Virus record (IMG/VR): IMGVR_UViG_3300017766_001124
Location: 1 to 52,756 of that record
Reading direction: 5' to 3' (one strand)
Source: a virus
Taxonomy: Duplodnaviria; Caudoviricetes
DNA length: 52,756 nucleotides
The notes beneath the pieces are model-generated. The model was not told the origin of the DNA. It searched no databases and saw nothing but the letters and a program-made list of their open reading frames with translations. Positions within the stretch are counted from its first letter, which is position 1. The number at the start of each line of letters is the position of its first letter. Made by a program: the position numbers and the translations under genes. Shown in pieces: positions 24,529-34,004 of the stretch.

Positions 24529-26153
24529 CCAATGACAGTTCCGTCGCCCGGCTGCGTATGCGCCAAGACCAGACCCATTTGGAAATCTCCCCCAACCGTG
24601 TTACTTTCGAAGCGGAAGCGCAGTTCACGGCGCTGCGTCTTGAAGTAAACCACCTGATCTTGCGGCGTCGGTGGCGTCTCGTAGATCGTCATCACGTCGC
24701 CGTTAACCTCCGGCGCGCGGGCGTTTGCACGGCCCATGACTTGCACCGTCATGTTGCCAGACTGCACAAAGTCAGGCTCCATCATGAGCACCTGAATGGC
24801 CTTGTTCGTCTGCGCCGACACAGGAAGCGACAGGTCCGCCGTCTCAAAGTAAGACTGGATCGGCTGAATGCTCTGCCCGTCGATGGCGTCAGTGCCGACC
24901 TCATGCACCCACAGACGATACTGCGGGTCGTCGCTTTCCTCAGTGATGCGGTCGTTACCGTCTTGCGTGATGCGGGTGTCGCCACCTTGGGTGATGCGCG
25001 TACCAGTGGGTGTGAGATTAGGCTCAACACCCGTCATGAGCGGCTTGCGGAACACCGTCGGGAACGTGCCAGCCCCACGGCCGCCTTCAGGCAGTGGCGT
25101 GTCGTACCAAGTATCCTCGCGGACGTTGTAGATCACGGCGTGATTTGGCTCAGTGCTAGACCCCTTGGGGAAGCACCACCAAATCTCACCGAAGCGCGGA
25201 ACCTTGATGGCGAACACCTTCTGGCGATACTGATAGTTGAGGTTATCGAAGAAGAAGTTCAGGTTCATGTTGTTCGGAACTTCACGCACGACGCCGTTGA
25301 AGCTCAGGAAGCGGTCAGAACCGACCCAGAAGAAGATGCCGTCATACTCAATCACGCTGTTTGCGCTCATGATGGACGACTGCGTGCTGATCGTGTCAAA
25401 CTGGAAGATTGCATCGCCGCCCACAAAAGAGGCGCGCAGGATGCTGTCAGCCGACCAGAACAGGCCAGACGGTGAGTTGCCGGGGCCGCCGCGCAGAGGC
25501 ATGCCCTTGACGATCTTCTGGCCCGTGATGTTTGCAGCACCCGCTCCAGAGCCTGTATAATCGGCCGGATCGCCGGGAACAGACCAAGCCACATAGCCGT
25601 CGTTGCCGTAAATGAACGTGTACGGCTGCAAGGAAACAACGCCGCCCGTCAGGCTGTAGCCAGTGGGGAGGTTGGTCACCTCGGTCAGCGCGGCAGTGCC
25701 GGTCAAGTCGCCGATGAAGAGCTGACCGCCTTCGCTGTTGCAGATGCAGTTCAGGTTCGGCGCGACCTGAGCGATGATCTTGTTGGTGAAGTTGCCAAGG
25801 ACATCGGTCTCAGTGGCAACGTCAAACTGCCACATATTGCCATCGCTCTGCGTCAGCGAGGTTGGCGTGCGGTCATAAATGATGGACGTGTTGTACGTGC
25901 CGTCCATATACAGGCGCTCAATCAGGTTAGCTGAGCCTGCGTGGATGTAGGTGAGCTGGTCCTGAGTGTATGCCTGCAACGCGCGGGGGACGCCGCGCAG
26001 ATACTTGTTTGCCGAGCGATAGCCCCAGATCTTGCGTGGCAGGCCGCGTTGAAAGCGCACCCACGAGCCGTCAACGTACTGGTCACCCTCAAACTTGGTG
26101 CCGTCCCGCTTGATGCCCGGCAGTGATTTAATCTGTACGACGTTGTCTGCCAT
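24525..26153 (-). CDS. Tail hub/nozzle protein (P22 gp10 / tubular B-like)
   Basis: PGIKRDGT...WVRFQRGLPRKI.G, FGEIWWCFP, AVIYNVREDTWY; beta-rich. Confidence 0.7.
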   Translation of the reverse strand: MADNVVQIKSLPGIKRDGTKFEGDQYVDGSWVRFQRGLPRKIWGYRSANKYLRGVPRALQAYTQDQLTYIHAGSANLIERLYMDGTYNTSIIYDRTPTSLTQSDGNMWQFDVATETDVLGNFTNKIIAQVAPNLNCICNSEGGQLFIGDLTGTAALTEVTNLPTGYSLTGGVVSLQPYTFIYGNDGYVAWSVPGDPADYTGSGAGAANITGQKIVKGMPLRGGPGNSPSGLFWSADSILRASFVGGDAIFQFDTISTQSSIMSANSVIEYDGIFFWVGSDRFLSFNGVVREVPNNMNLNFFFDNLNYQYRQKVFAIKVPRFGEIWWCFPKGSSTEPNHAVIYNVREDTWYDTPLPEGGRGAGTFPTVFRKPLMTGVEPNLTPTGTRITQGGDTRITQDGNDRITEESDDPQYRLWVHEVGTDAIDGQSIQPIQSYFETADLSLPVSAQTNKAIQVLMMEPDFVQSGNMTVQVMGRANARAPEVNGDVMTIYETPPTPQDQVVYFKTQRRELRFRFESNTVGGDFQMGLVLAHTQPGDGTVIG

Positions 26154-26162
26154 ATCGCTGCC

Positions 26163-26867
26163 TTACGTGTAATATGCGAACTCGACGGAGCCGCCAGACG
26201 GCACGACGAAGTTGTAGGTGGCACCCGGTGTCACAGAGACGCTGGTGTAGGTGGTGGTAGCCGCTGCGTTTCCGGTCTGATTAGGATATGATCCACTCAG
26301 GCTTCCGCCGTTAAACGTGTAGCCAAATCCCGTCGTGTTTGCGCCGACAGAACCGTATTCGATGAAATTGGCGCGAGGATACCAATAGCGTAGCCCTTGG
26401 CTGTACAATACGTTCCCTGAGGTCGGCGGGCTGCCTTGGCTTGGGTTGTTTTTACTCGTTATGTAATAGCCAGTCAGGTCTTTGCTGTCGAATACCGCCA
26501 GTTCCCACGTATCGTCTGACGCAACGTACCAATACATTTGTCTAAGGCCTGCGCTGCCAGCAAAACCACTTGACGGAATGCTGTTGTAGTCCGCTTGGTT
26601 CTCCGCGTAAATAGAACCCCAATCTGCGTAAGGCGCGTTGGCGAAGGGGCCCGTGTCTGGGAAAGTTCCGTAGTTGCCAAGAAACGTGCTGGCATAATCG
26701 CTAATGCCGTTTTGCCCTTTACCGCGAACATAGACCAAGCTCGTTACCCCAACTGGGCAAGTCCAAGACCCGTTTGACGTAAAGACTTCCTTGCGCGTCG
26801 TGGTTCCACTCTCAAGCAACCCAAAGCCGCGCCCCGATGCCGCCCCGCGTGTGATCAGTGTCGGCAC
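26163..26867 (-). CDS. Putative fibre-tip/receptor-binding protein (GTG start)
   Basis: MPTLITRGAASGRGFG N-terminus, FTSNGSWTCPVGVTS, VTPGATY; follows tail fibre. Confidence 0.6.
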   Translation of the reverse strand: MPTLITRGAASGRGFGLLESGTTTRKEVFTSNGSWTCPVGVTSLVYVRGKGQNGISDYASTFLGNYGTFPDTGPFANAPYADWGSIYAENQADYNSIPSSGFAGSAGLRQMYWYVASDDTWELAVFDSKDLTGYYITSKNNPSQGSPPTSGNVLYSQGLRYWYPRANFIEYGSVGANTTGFGYTFNGGSLSGSYPNQTGNAAATTTYTSVSVTPGATYNFVVPSGGSVEFAYYT

Positions 26868-26878
26868 TAGACGACCCC

Positions 26879-28741
26879 TTATGCAAACTGAGCGACAGAA
26901 GCGAGGACGGTGAACGTAGCGCTGCCCGTCTTGATGATGGTGTACGTGTACACGTCGATGCTGTTCACGTTGCCAGCAAGCGGAGGCACACCGCCCTGCC
27001 ACTTAGTCGTGACGCCAGTTGTCGTGCCGTCCACCTGCACAGTGCTGTTGTAGTACGCCGTGCTGCCGTTCGTCACCATGAAGGCGACCGTTACAGCTTG
27101 GCCCGTAGACAGTGCTGTGTTCATCGTCGTGCCAGCCGACCAAGTCAGGTTGACCGTCCAGTTCGCCGAGGCGTTGCTCGTGTAATACAGGACCGACTGC
27201 GTTGACGGATAAATCGCAATCGTGCCCGTCGCTGCCGTCGCCGACACCGTGACAGGCTCTGCAATGTTGCGGACGATCTCAGCAGGGACTGAGGTTGAGC
27301 CCGTGAACGTCTGCGTCGCAGTGAACGTCGTGGCTGTGCCCGGCGCAACGTAATCAGTGCCAGCCGTTGCAGCGCTAAACGCTGACGTTCCAGAGCCTTT
27401 AACAAGACCAGTGAGTGTAGCAGCGCCTGTGCCGCCCTGCGCGACGCTGAGAGGCGTCGTAAGGCCTGAGAGCGATGTAATGTCGCTATTAGCCCCAGAT
27501 GCCGCAGCGCTTAGCGTGGAACGTCCCGCAGCCGCGTTTGCCGCCGTAAACAGCGCGTCACCCGTTGCCGTCGATCCAAGCGTGGTGCGCCCTGACGCAG
27601 CGGACGATGCCGTGAACAGCGCAATACCGGTCGCGGTGCCTCCAAGGTTAACGCGGGCGCTTGCCGCCGTCGTTGCGCCAGTGCCGCCCTGTGCGATGGT
27701 CAGCGGGAAGGAAACGCCGCCAGTAGATGCAGCAACGACGTTCGTGCCGTCCGAATAGACGATTGCCGCCTCATTTGCGCCGATCTCAACGCCAGTCACC
27801 TGCGTCGTCGTGCGGACGGTAAAGGTGTAAGAGCCGGTCGTGTTGTTTGTGATCCAGTATTGCTGGGTCGTGTTCGGAACGACGATTTCCATGTTCGCCG
27901 TGAGCACGCCGACAAACGTGTAGGCGATGCGGTTAAGCTCTGCGCCAGACAGCGTGTAAGGGCTTGTCTGTCCGGTGAGGTTGATCGACGTATAGTCAAA
28001 CGCAAACGTCGCGCTCTGGCCGAAACCAACCGTGTACCAAGTGGTGCCGTCGGTAACGAGCGTGCAGCTATCTTCCAAATTGAGCGTTAGCGTAGACAGA
28101 TCGTTGATCGTCTCAGACCCAGCCGGATCAATCGTAAGATCGCCTGTGCCGTTGTTGCGCACATTCACAAACCAACCGTTCGTCAACGTGGCGGCGGCGG
28201 GCAATGTCAGTGTGCCCAGTGCACCAGTCCAGACATAGGTTGACGCACGATCCGCAGCGCCCAGCGTAAAGTTGGCGCTGAACTCGGTAATCGGCGTCTG
28301 CGTGGACAGCGTTGCGCCAGTCGCAAGCAGACCATAGCCAGCCAATGCAGAGGCCTGAGCCTGAGCCGTCGCTGCGCCCATCTGGTAAGTGCGCCATGTG
28401 CCAGCGGCAGTCGTATTGCTCGTCAGGTAAAGCTGGTACTGCAAGCCCTGCGCAATCGACACCAGAGTGCCGCCAGCGTTGTTCTTAATCGTGATCGTGC
28501 TCGGACCGAGGTTGTTGAACAGCACCGTCTGCCCAGTTGCCGTCTGATCGGCGGGAGGCATGATGATTGAGTAAGCACCCGTCGGCGTGACATCAATGAT
28601 GCGTGCAACAGGCGTCAGGGTTGTGCCACTCTCAAGAGGCCACTCAAGTTCAGTATCTGCCGTCAGAGAAAGCGCCAGATAGGACACGTCAGACGGATAG
28701 ATCGTCGATCCGCCGAAGACCTGTGTGTAGGTGTTGGTCAT
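26879..28741 (-). CDS. Tail fibre protein
   Basis: Thr/Gly/Ala-rich, GGTGATTAASARVNL repeats, C-terminal KWQGG.PP...SIDVYTYTIIKT. Confidence 0.75.
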   Translation of the reverse strand: MTNTYTQVFGGSTIYPSDVSYLALSLTADTELEWPLESGTTLTPVARIIDVTPTGAYSIIMPPADQTATGQTVLFNNLGPSTITIKNNAGGTLVSIAQGLQYQLYLTSNTTAAGTWRTYQMGAATAQAQASALAGYGLLATGATLSTQTPITEFSANFTLGAADRASTYVWTGALGTLTLPAAATLTNGWFVNVRNNGTGDLTIDPAGSETINDLSTLTLNLEDSCTLVTDGTTWYTVGFGQSATFAFDYTSINLTGQTSPYTLSGAELNRIAYTFVGVLTANMEIVVPNTTQQYWITNNTTGSYTFTVRTTTQVTGVEIGANEAAIVYSDGTNVVAASTGGVSFPLTIAQGGTGATTAASARVNLGGTATGIALFTASSAASGRTTLGSTATGDALFTAANAAAGRSTLSAAASGANSDITSLSGLTTPLSVAQGGTGAATLTGLVKGSGTSAFSAATAGTDYVAPGTATTFTATQTFTGSTSVPAEIVRNIAEPVTVSATAATGTIAIYPSTQSVLYYTSNASANWTVNLTWSAGTTMNTALSTGQAVTVAFMVTNGSTAYYNSTVQVDGTTTGVTTKWQGGVPPLAGNVNSIDVYTYTIIKTGSATFTVLASVAQFA

Positions 28742-29394
28742 TAGGCCTCCTTACGAACCGCCGAGCGGTCGAGTATCTTGGCGAGGTCTTCGCCGTTGAG
28801 CATAGCGGCAGCGCGATCATACATCTGCTGCCAGACAGGGATGCGCTCATCGTTCTTGAGGAACGGCGTTGCCTCCAAAAGCGTGCCGTAGAGCAAGAGC
28901 TGCGGTGCGTAATCGGTGAGCCAGTTGGTCTGCACTTCGTCGTCCAGAAGTGGCGGCAGCTCATAATAGAGCACCTCAAATGGGTACGCAGCGTCAGGCG
29001 TCGGGGCAATCAGCCAGTTGTTATAGTCGTAATCGCCGTAGAAAATTGGCTGCTCCGTCTGAGACCGATCAGGCCAATAGCTGAGCAGATACTCATAGGC
29101 GCGGGTGTACAGAACCTTGCGAGTGTTGTTCTGCGTACCCGTTCCGATGTTCATCGACACGGTATCGCGCCAGCGGTCAGGCTTGGGGTAGACCGACTGG
29201 CCGACAGTCAAAGTGCCGGTGACCACGTTGATGAAGCCCTGTATCTTGAGTTCACGCGAGATCCGGCGCTCTGCAAGGTTAATCAGGCGCGGGATTTGCT
29301 CGTAAACGACAGGGTCAGACGCATAGGTGTTGCCGCGCTCTAAATAGCGCCGAACGTCCTGTTGGAGCGTCGTGAAGGTCATTGTGGTCGCCAT
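28741..29394 (-). CDS. Head-tail adaptor / tail tubular protein A-like
   Basis: INLAERRISREL, IAPTPDAAYPFEVLYY, TNWLTDYAPQLLLYGTLLEA. Confidence 0.75.
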   Translation of the reverse strand: MATTMTFTTLQQDVRRYLERGNTYASDPVVYEQIPRLINLAERRISRELKIQGFINVVTGTLTVGQSVYPKPDRWRDTVSMNIGTGTQNNTRKVLYTRAYEYLLSYWPDRSQTEQPIFYGDYDYNNWLIAPTPDAAYPFEVLYYELPPLLDDEVQTNWLTDYAPQLLLYGTLLEATPFLKNDERIPVWQQMYDRAAAMLNGEDLAKILDRSAVRKEA

Positions 29395-29432
29395 GGCGCA
29401 GTCCTACAGCATTTTGTGGCAAAACGCCACGG

Positions 29433-29600
29433 TCAGGAAAGGTACTCAAACACAAGGCCAGCAACCGCCAGAACGAGAGCGCCAAGGGTCATTTTGCCCT
29501 TTGAGATGCCCTTCTTTCCGGCGAGTGGGAGTGTCTTGCCGATCACAGCCTTCGCGCCTTCTTTTGCAGCAGCCTGCTTCAGTTTGTTGAGAATGCTCAT
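29433..29600 (-). CDS. Small basic membrane protein, lysis accessory candidate (55 aa, not in ORF track)
   Basis: GAGGAG RBS; MSILNKLKQAAAKEGAKAVIGKTLPLAGKKGISKGKMTLGALVLAVAGLVFEYLS; directly after endolysin. Confidence 0.65.
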   Translation of the reverse strand: MSILNKLKQAAAKEGAKAVIGKTLPLAGKKGISKGKMTLGALVLAVAGLVFEYLS

Positions 29601-29610
29601 GTCTATCTCC

Positions 29611-30222
29611 TCACGCCCAAGTGGCGTATTTCTTTGTCTTCATGCGACGGTCATCGAGACCGTGCGTGCCGCCATTGATACGCTTTGTCAGTGCAAGGAT
29701 GGCCGCTTCGTTAATCCCCTTGTCGCAGATGCTCCAAAGCTTGTTCTTGTCGAAAAACCACAGCGCGCTCTCAAAGCAGAGTTCGCCTGCAACGAGGTCT
29801 GGATTGTCCATGACGTCTGGCCGACCGATGTAGTCAGCGAACGCTTTGTAGTTGTCATGCCCGGTCAATTGGAGGGCACCCCGGCCCCTGAATTTCCATC
29901 CGTCGCCGCTGCTCTCAGGGCCGTTGCCCATGCGATTGGCATAGACGCGGTTGGCGATCTTCTGCGGCTGGCGCTCGTACATGCGCGCCTCCAGATCGGT
30001 CTTGAAATACTTGCCGAAGATGCCGCGCAGGCCCTTCGCGCCGTAGTTCAGGTTCTCGCTGAACGCTTTGAAGTTGCCGCTTTCATGCGCCGTTTGAGCA
30101 AAGAAATGCGCAGCCCGAGCAGGTGACAGCTTATAGAAAGCCGCAGCCTTCTTGAATGTTCCCGGACCAAACGCACCATCTGCCGTCACTCCGATCTTTT
30201 TCTGAAGCTCAACCATGCTCAT
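29611..30222 (-). CDS. Endolysin, glycoside hydrolase family 19 with short peptidoglycan-binding N-terminus
   Basis: LQKKIGVTADGAFGPGT; AHFFAQTAHESG, ENLNY, DGWKFRGRGALQLTG, TKRINGGTHGLDDR. Confidence 0.9.
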   Translation of the reverse strand: MSMVELQKKIGVTADGAFGPGTFKKAAAFYKLSPARAAHFFAQTAHESGNFKAFSENLNYGAKGLRGIFGKYFKTDLEARMYERQPQKIANRVYANRMGNGPESSGDGWKFRGRGALQLTGHDNYKAFADYIGRPDVMDNPDLVAGELCFESALWFFDKNKLWSICDKGINEAAILALTKRINGGTHGLDDRRMKTKKYATWA

Positions 30223-30728
30223 TTGCCAGCACTCCGCCAGTCAGGAAAGTCATCTTCGTCAACCACGCCGTCACCGTTTGCGTCGTAGCGCAGGTCGTTG
30301 CGGTACTTCTCCCACGGGGCGAGATCGTCGTCATCGTCGTCATCTTCAGCCACAGGCTCAGGGGCAGTGGGTTCAACATAGGGAACGACAGGCAAACCCT
30401 CAGGCGCAGGTGCGTCAGGCTCAGGTGCAGGTGTCTCCAGTTCCAATGGCTCTTCTGGCGGCGTCTCCTTATCACGCGCATTGGCGTTCAAGCTAAGACC
30501 GCCCAGCAGGCCGACGAACGCGCCGACAACTGTGTTGAACGCAGGGCCGATGATCTCAAAGATCTTGTCGTTGCTGACGACGCTGTCCGAGACGAACAGG
30601 CCGGCGACCATCGCAATGATGACCACGAGGATCACGCATGCCAGCGTCATCACTGCTGTGCGGATCGTGAACTCAATCGTGTCCTCGATGCCCTCTTGCT
30701 TGCTTTCGAATTTATCCCAGAAACTCAT
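30219..30728 (-). CDS. Holin-like two-TM protein with acidic tail and EF-hand
   Basis: Two hydrophobic helices (..IIGPAFNTVVGAFVGLLGG), DANGDGVVDEDDF; coupled to endolysin. Confidence 0.6.
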   Translation of the reverse strand: MSFWDKFESKQEGIEDTIEFTIRTAVMTLACVILVVIIAMVAGLFVSDSVVSNDKIFEIIGPAFNTVVGAFVGLLGGLSLNANARDKETPPEEPLELETPAPEPDAPAPEGLPVVPYVEPTAPEPVAEDDDDDDDLAPWEKYRNDLRYDANGDGVVDEDDFPDWRSAGK

Positions 30729-31255
30729 CAGTCCCTCCCAGCCAGCGGGTTAGCCAAGGTCTTGGTGATCCGCTCGTCAAGCTGCTTCTCAAGTTCTTTT
30801 ACACGGCGCTGCTGCTCAACATCCTGAGCACGTAGCTCTTGTATAATAGCACGTTGAGATTGCAATGTCTCCCTCTCTGAAACTTGCGTGCGAGCAGTCA
30901 CTGCATCGACCGTCTGGCGCGTGCTCATGACGCTGCTGCCGATGCTGCTGGAGAGCGCGGCAAGGTTGTCCGAGAGGTACTTCGTCGTCTCAAGGTTCAT
31001 CTTGATCATGCGCTCGTTGCTGTCCTGACGCTCCTTCATCTTGTTGAAGTCGTCGCCCATAGACGCATAGGTAGAGGTCACCTCCTGCATGGTCAGGAAC
31101 TGCTGATAGACCTGAAAGCCAGCCCAGAGCGAGCCAACCACCGTCGATATGGCCGCGAAGATGATGGCGATCTTGCCGCTGCTCAGGCCACCTACGTTAA
31201 AGCTGAAGCCACTCTCATCAAACGAGACTTTCGGCTCCTCTTTGTCGTCACTCAT
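30728..31255 (-). CDS. Single-TM coiled-coil protein
   Basis: Start MSDDKE; TM IAIIFAAISTVVGSLWAGF; long coiled coil ending LANPLAG. Confidence 0.65.
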   Translation of the reverse strand: MSDDKEEPKVSFDESGFSFNVGGLSSGKIAIIFAAISTVVGSLWAGFQVYQQFLTMQEVTSTYASMGDDFNKMKERQDSNERMIKMNLETTKYLSDNLAALSSSIGSSVMSTRQTVDAVTARTQVSERETLQSQRAIIQELRAQDVEQQRRVKELEKQLDERITKTLANPLAGRD

Positions 31256-32897
31256 ATTGGTCCTCCACCATGTCGTCCCAAAGCCGGTCTTGCCCACTCA
31301 TCATGCGGTACAGCGCCATATTGGCGTCTGGGATGCGACGGTCCTTGTATATGTCCTTCGGCCGGTAAAACGGCATATCAGGTATGCGCGCTTGCGTATA
31401 TGCTGAGTACCCAACGGGGACCGCCGCCAGTTGCGCCATTGTCTCGCCGTCTTGGCTGTTCACGTCGCCGATGTCAGTAGGGGCACCAGCCGCCATCTCG
31501 GCCTGCATCCCAAGCAATTCCATCTGTTGCGCTTGTCCGGCTGGGCTTGTGTCAATCGCCGCCGTCATGACAGGCTCAGATCGAATGGGGGCTTCAGTGG
31601 TCACTACCTCAGGCGCTTGAGCAACCTCTTGCGCAGGCTGCCCATCGGTCCACGCAGGCTCATCAGGGGTCGCCATGCCTGTCATCTGCGTCGGGGTAAA
31701 GGTTGGCCCTTGCTGGGGCTCAATCCAATACGTCGTGTCAACGGTCTCCGTTGTTGTCTGCTCGCCGTGCATCTCGGCATATTGAGCGTCGGCCTGCGCC
31801 ATGAAAGCGACGTTTTGAAGCGATGCGTTGAGGACCGTTTCACGTGAAAACGTGTCGGCATCCTCAATAGCCTCGCTCTTGAAGAAGTCCACGTTGCGGT
31901 CACGACGGGTCTCAACCGCCACTGTCTGGTCGGGCCCTTGCTGCTCGGCGCGAGCCGCTTCAGCCGCCTTCGCTTCTTCGCCAACCGCTTCTACAGTCTG
32001 CGCCACTTCCTCATCAGTGGGGGCATCAGACACACCGCCGGCCGCAAGCGCAGCCAGTTCTGCTGGGTCTAATGGCGGGTCGTTAGCGTCCTCCGCTTGG
32101 TTCTCGTCCACCTCTTCGGTCTCTACGATGTCATCGGAGACTATGTCCTCGTCTGGCGTAGCCTCTTCAACTATCACCTCTTCCGCCACAGCTTCTTGCT
32201 CAGGTTCGCTTTGCAAAACTTCAGTCTGCGTCTCGGTTGGGTCCGGCGTTACGTCTGGCGCAGGGTCAACCGCATCGGGCACTGGGACAAGAGTAGGCTC
32301 TGGCGCACTGGGGACTAAAATGCCTGACTGGTTCTGAAGGTTCTGTACGTTCTGACCGTAAAAAAGTTGCACGTTATCAGTGGCTTCTGGCCCAGTTATG
32401 CCGACCGAGACCGTGTGGAACGTGTTCGCCAGCGCGCCAAAGTTAAACTGTATCTTGCCGTCATCGAACAGGCCGATCTCAAATGTGACCCTATTCTGCG
32501 TCCCGAACTCTGTCGTGTTATACCAACCAAAGAGCGCCGACGTGTCGGTCATGCGGTAATAGGGGTTGGGGTTGCTAATGAGATCAGTCCAGTAGCCGTA
32601 GATGGTGTTGCGCTGCGCCTGATCCATTGGGAGGCCGTCGCAGCAAAGATGCGCCGCACTCTGGAACGACACAAAGCCGTTTGATGATACCCACGCAGAG
32701 GTGAATGTCTGCCCGTAATACTGGAACGGGAAGGCAAGTTGCACAAGCTGCGTGCTGTCATCGCCGCCATTTAACTGCGTCATCGTCTGCGGCGAGCCAA
32801 TGATCTGCGGCGGTATTAAGGCAGGCTCGTACTCCTGCGCTGCAAGAGGTGTGCAGATCAGCGCCGCGAGGAGCGCTTGGGCTTGTTTTCTTCCCAT
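31248..32897 (-). CDS. Secreted protein with NIDO/nidogen-like domain and acidic linker
   Basis: Signal peptide; DDS...LAFPFQYYGQTFTSAWVSSNGFVSF, YWTDL, TFEIGLF. Confidence 0.6.
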   Translation of the reverse strand: MGRKQAQALLAALICTPLAAQEYEPALIPPQIIGSPQTMTQLNGGDDSTQLVQLAFPFQYYGQTFTSAWVSSNGFVSFQSAAHLCCDGLPMDQAQRNTIYGYWTDLISNPNPYYRMTDTSALFGWYNTTEFGTQNRVTFEIGLFDDGKIQFNFGALANTFHTVSVGITGPEATDNVQLFYGQNVQNLQNQSGILVPSAPEPTLVPVPDAVDPAPDVTPDPTETQTEVLQSEPEQEAVAEEVIVEEATPDEDIVSDDIVETEEVDENQAEDANDPPLDPAELAALAAGGVSDAPTDEEVAQTVEAVGEEAKAAEAARAEQQGPDQTVAVETRRDRNVDFFKSEAIEDADTFSRETVLNASLQNVAFMAQADAQYAEMHGEQTTTETVDTTYWIEPQQGPTFTPTQMTGMATPDEPAWTDGQPAQEVAQAPEVVTTEAPIRSEPVMTAAIDTSPAGQAQQMELLGMQAEMAAGAPTDIGDVNSQDGETMAQLAAVPVGYSAYTQARIPDMPFYRPKDIYKDRRIPDANMALYRMMSGQDRLWDDMVEDQYE

Positions 32898-34003
32898 GCC
32901 GCTGAAGCCTCCTTGCCGATCTTACCCTCAAACGGACACGGCGTCCCTGCCATCCTCATGGCGTCAAATACGCGCTCATCCTGACAAAGCAGCGACACAG
33001 CAGCCACCCGCATACCCATGTCGTACAGCGTCTTGGACAACTTCAAGGCCTCGCAGTTCTTGTCGCGGATCGTCTTACCGCCAGAGATGCCGAGTATCTG
33101 CGTCTGGACCGCCCCAGAGATGCCGGTGGTGCAGAGGTCTTGGCTGTACGACATCATGCTTGGCGCAATCGCAGAAGGCGGCGGAGACTTGATGTTCTGG
33201 TCGATCACCTGCCGGTTCTCGCTATAGCTTTTGCTGTCGCTCACGTTGACGTTCTGATTGACGTTGGTGTTCTCAGACACCGAGCGGCTGTCGTTGGTGT
33301 TCTGGTTCACGTTCGTGCTGACCGAGCGGCTGTCGTTCACGTTGGTGTTGACCGAACGGCTATCGCTGACACTCGTGTTGATGTTGGTGTTCAGGTTCTC
33401 GCTGGTCGATATGTTGGTGTTGAGCAACGTGCTCTCGTTGATGTTTCGGTTCTCGCTGGTCGAGGTGTTGATGTTCGTGTTGACCGACCTGCTGTCATTC
33501 ACATTCGTATTGAGGTTTGTGGACACACTTTCGCTGGTTGAGACGTTTGTGTTCAGGTTGGTCGAAGTGCTGGATGACACGCTATCGTTGAGGTTTCGGT
33601 TCGTATTGATGCTAGTGGACGTGCTTTCGTTTACGTTCCGATTGGTGTTCAGGTTGGTGCTGTTGATCGTGCTGGCCGACGTGCTGTTGACCGTCTGGTT
33701 AACGGTGCTGGTCGAGACATCGGTGTTGAAGTTGTTGTTTGTAGCCGTGCTGGTGGACGTATTCTGATTGATGTTCGTCGCGGTGCCAGACTGGATGTTG
33801 TTGTTCGTGTTCACGCTGGTGGACGTGTTCACGTTATTGTTGGTGTTCGTCGATGTCGCCGTGCTGGTAGAGGTATTGGTGTTGACGTTCGTGTTCGTCG
33901 CAGTGCTGTTTGTGGTCGTGTCGTAGACGTAGTTGGTGCTCTGGGCGAGCACGATGCTAGACCAGCCCACCGCGACAAGGGCGAGATGCCGTTTGTTGAT
34001 CAT
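32858..34003 (-). CDS. Secreted Asn/Thr/Ser-repeat protein with Cys-rich C-terminal domain
   Basis: Start MINKRH, signal peptide; NTNVN repeats; PPPSAIAP...DLC...SGAVQTQILGISGG...NCE.LKLSK.LYDMGMRVAAVSLLCQD...AGTPCP. Confidence 0.75.
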   Translation of the reverse strand: MINKRHLALVAVGWSSIVLAQSTNYVYDTTTNSTATNTNVNTNTSTSTATSTNTNNNVNTSTSVNTNNNIQSGTATNINQNTSTSTATNNNFNTDVSTSTVNQTVNSTSASTINSTNLNTNRNVNESTSTSINTNRNLNDSVSSSTSTNLNTNVSTSESVSTNLNTNVNDSRSVNTNINTSTSENRNINESTLLNTNISTSENLNTNINTSVSDSRSVNTNVNDSRSVSTNVNQNTNDSRSVSENTNVNQNVNVSDSKSYSENRQVIDQNIKSPPPSAIAPSMMSYSQDLCTTGISGAVQTQILGISGGKTIRDKNCEALKLSKTLYDMGMRVAAVSLLCQDERVFDAMRMAGTPCPFEGKIGKEASAAWEENKPKRSSRR

Positions 34004-34004
34004 G

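Noticed and set aside
33200-33930. Possible CRISPR-like or non-coding repeat array
   Set aside because: The repeats are degenerate, in frame and codon-periodic, with no constant repeat plus unique spacer structure.
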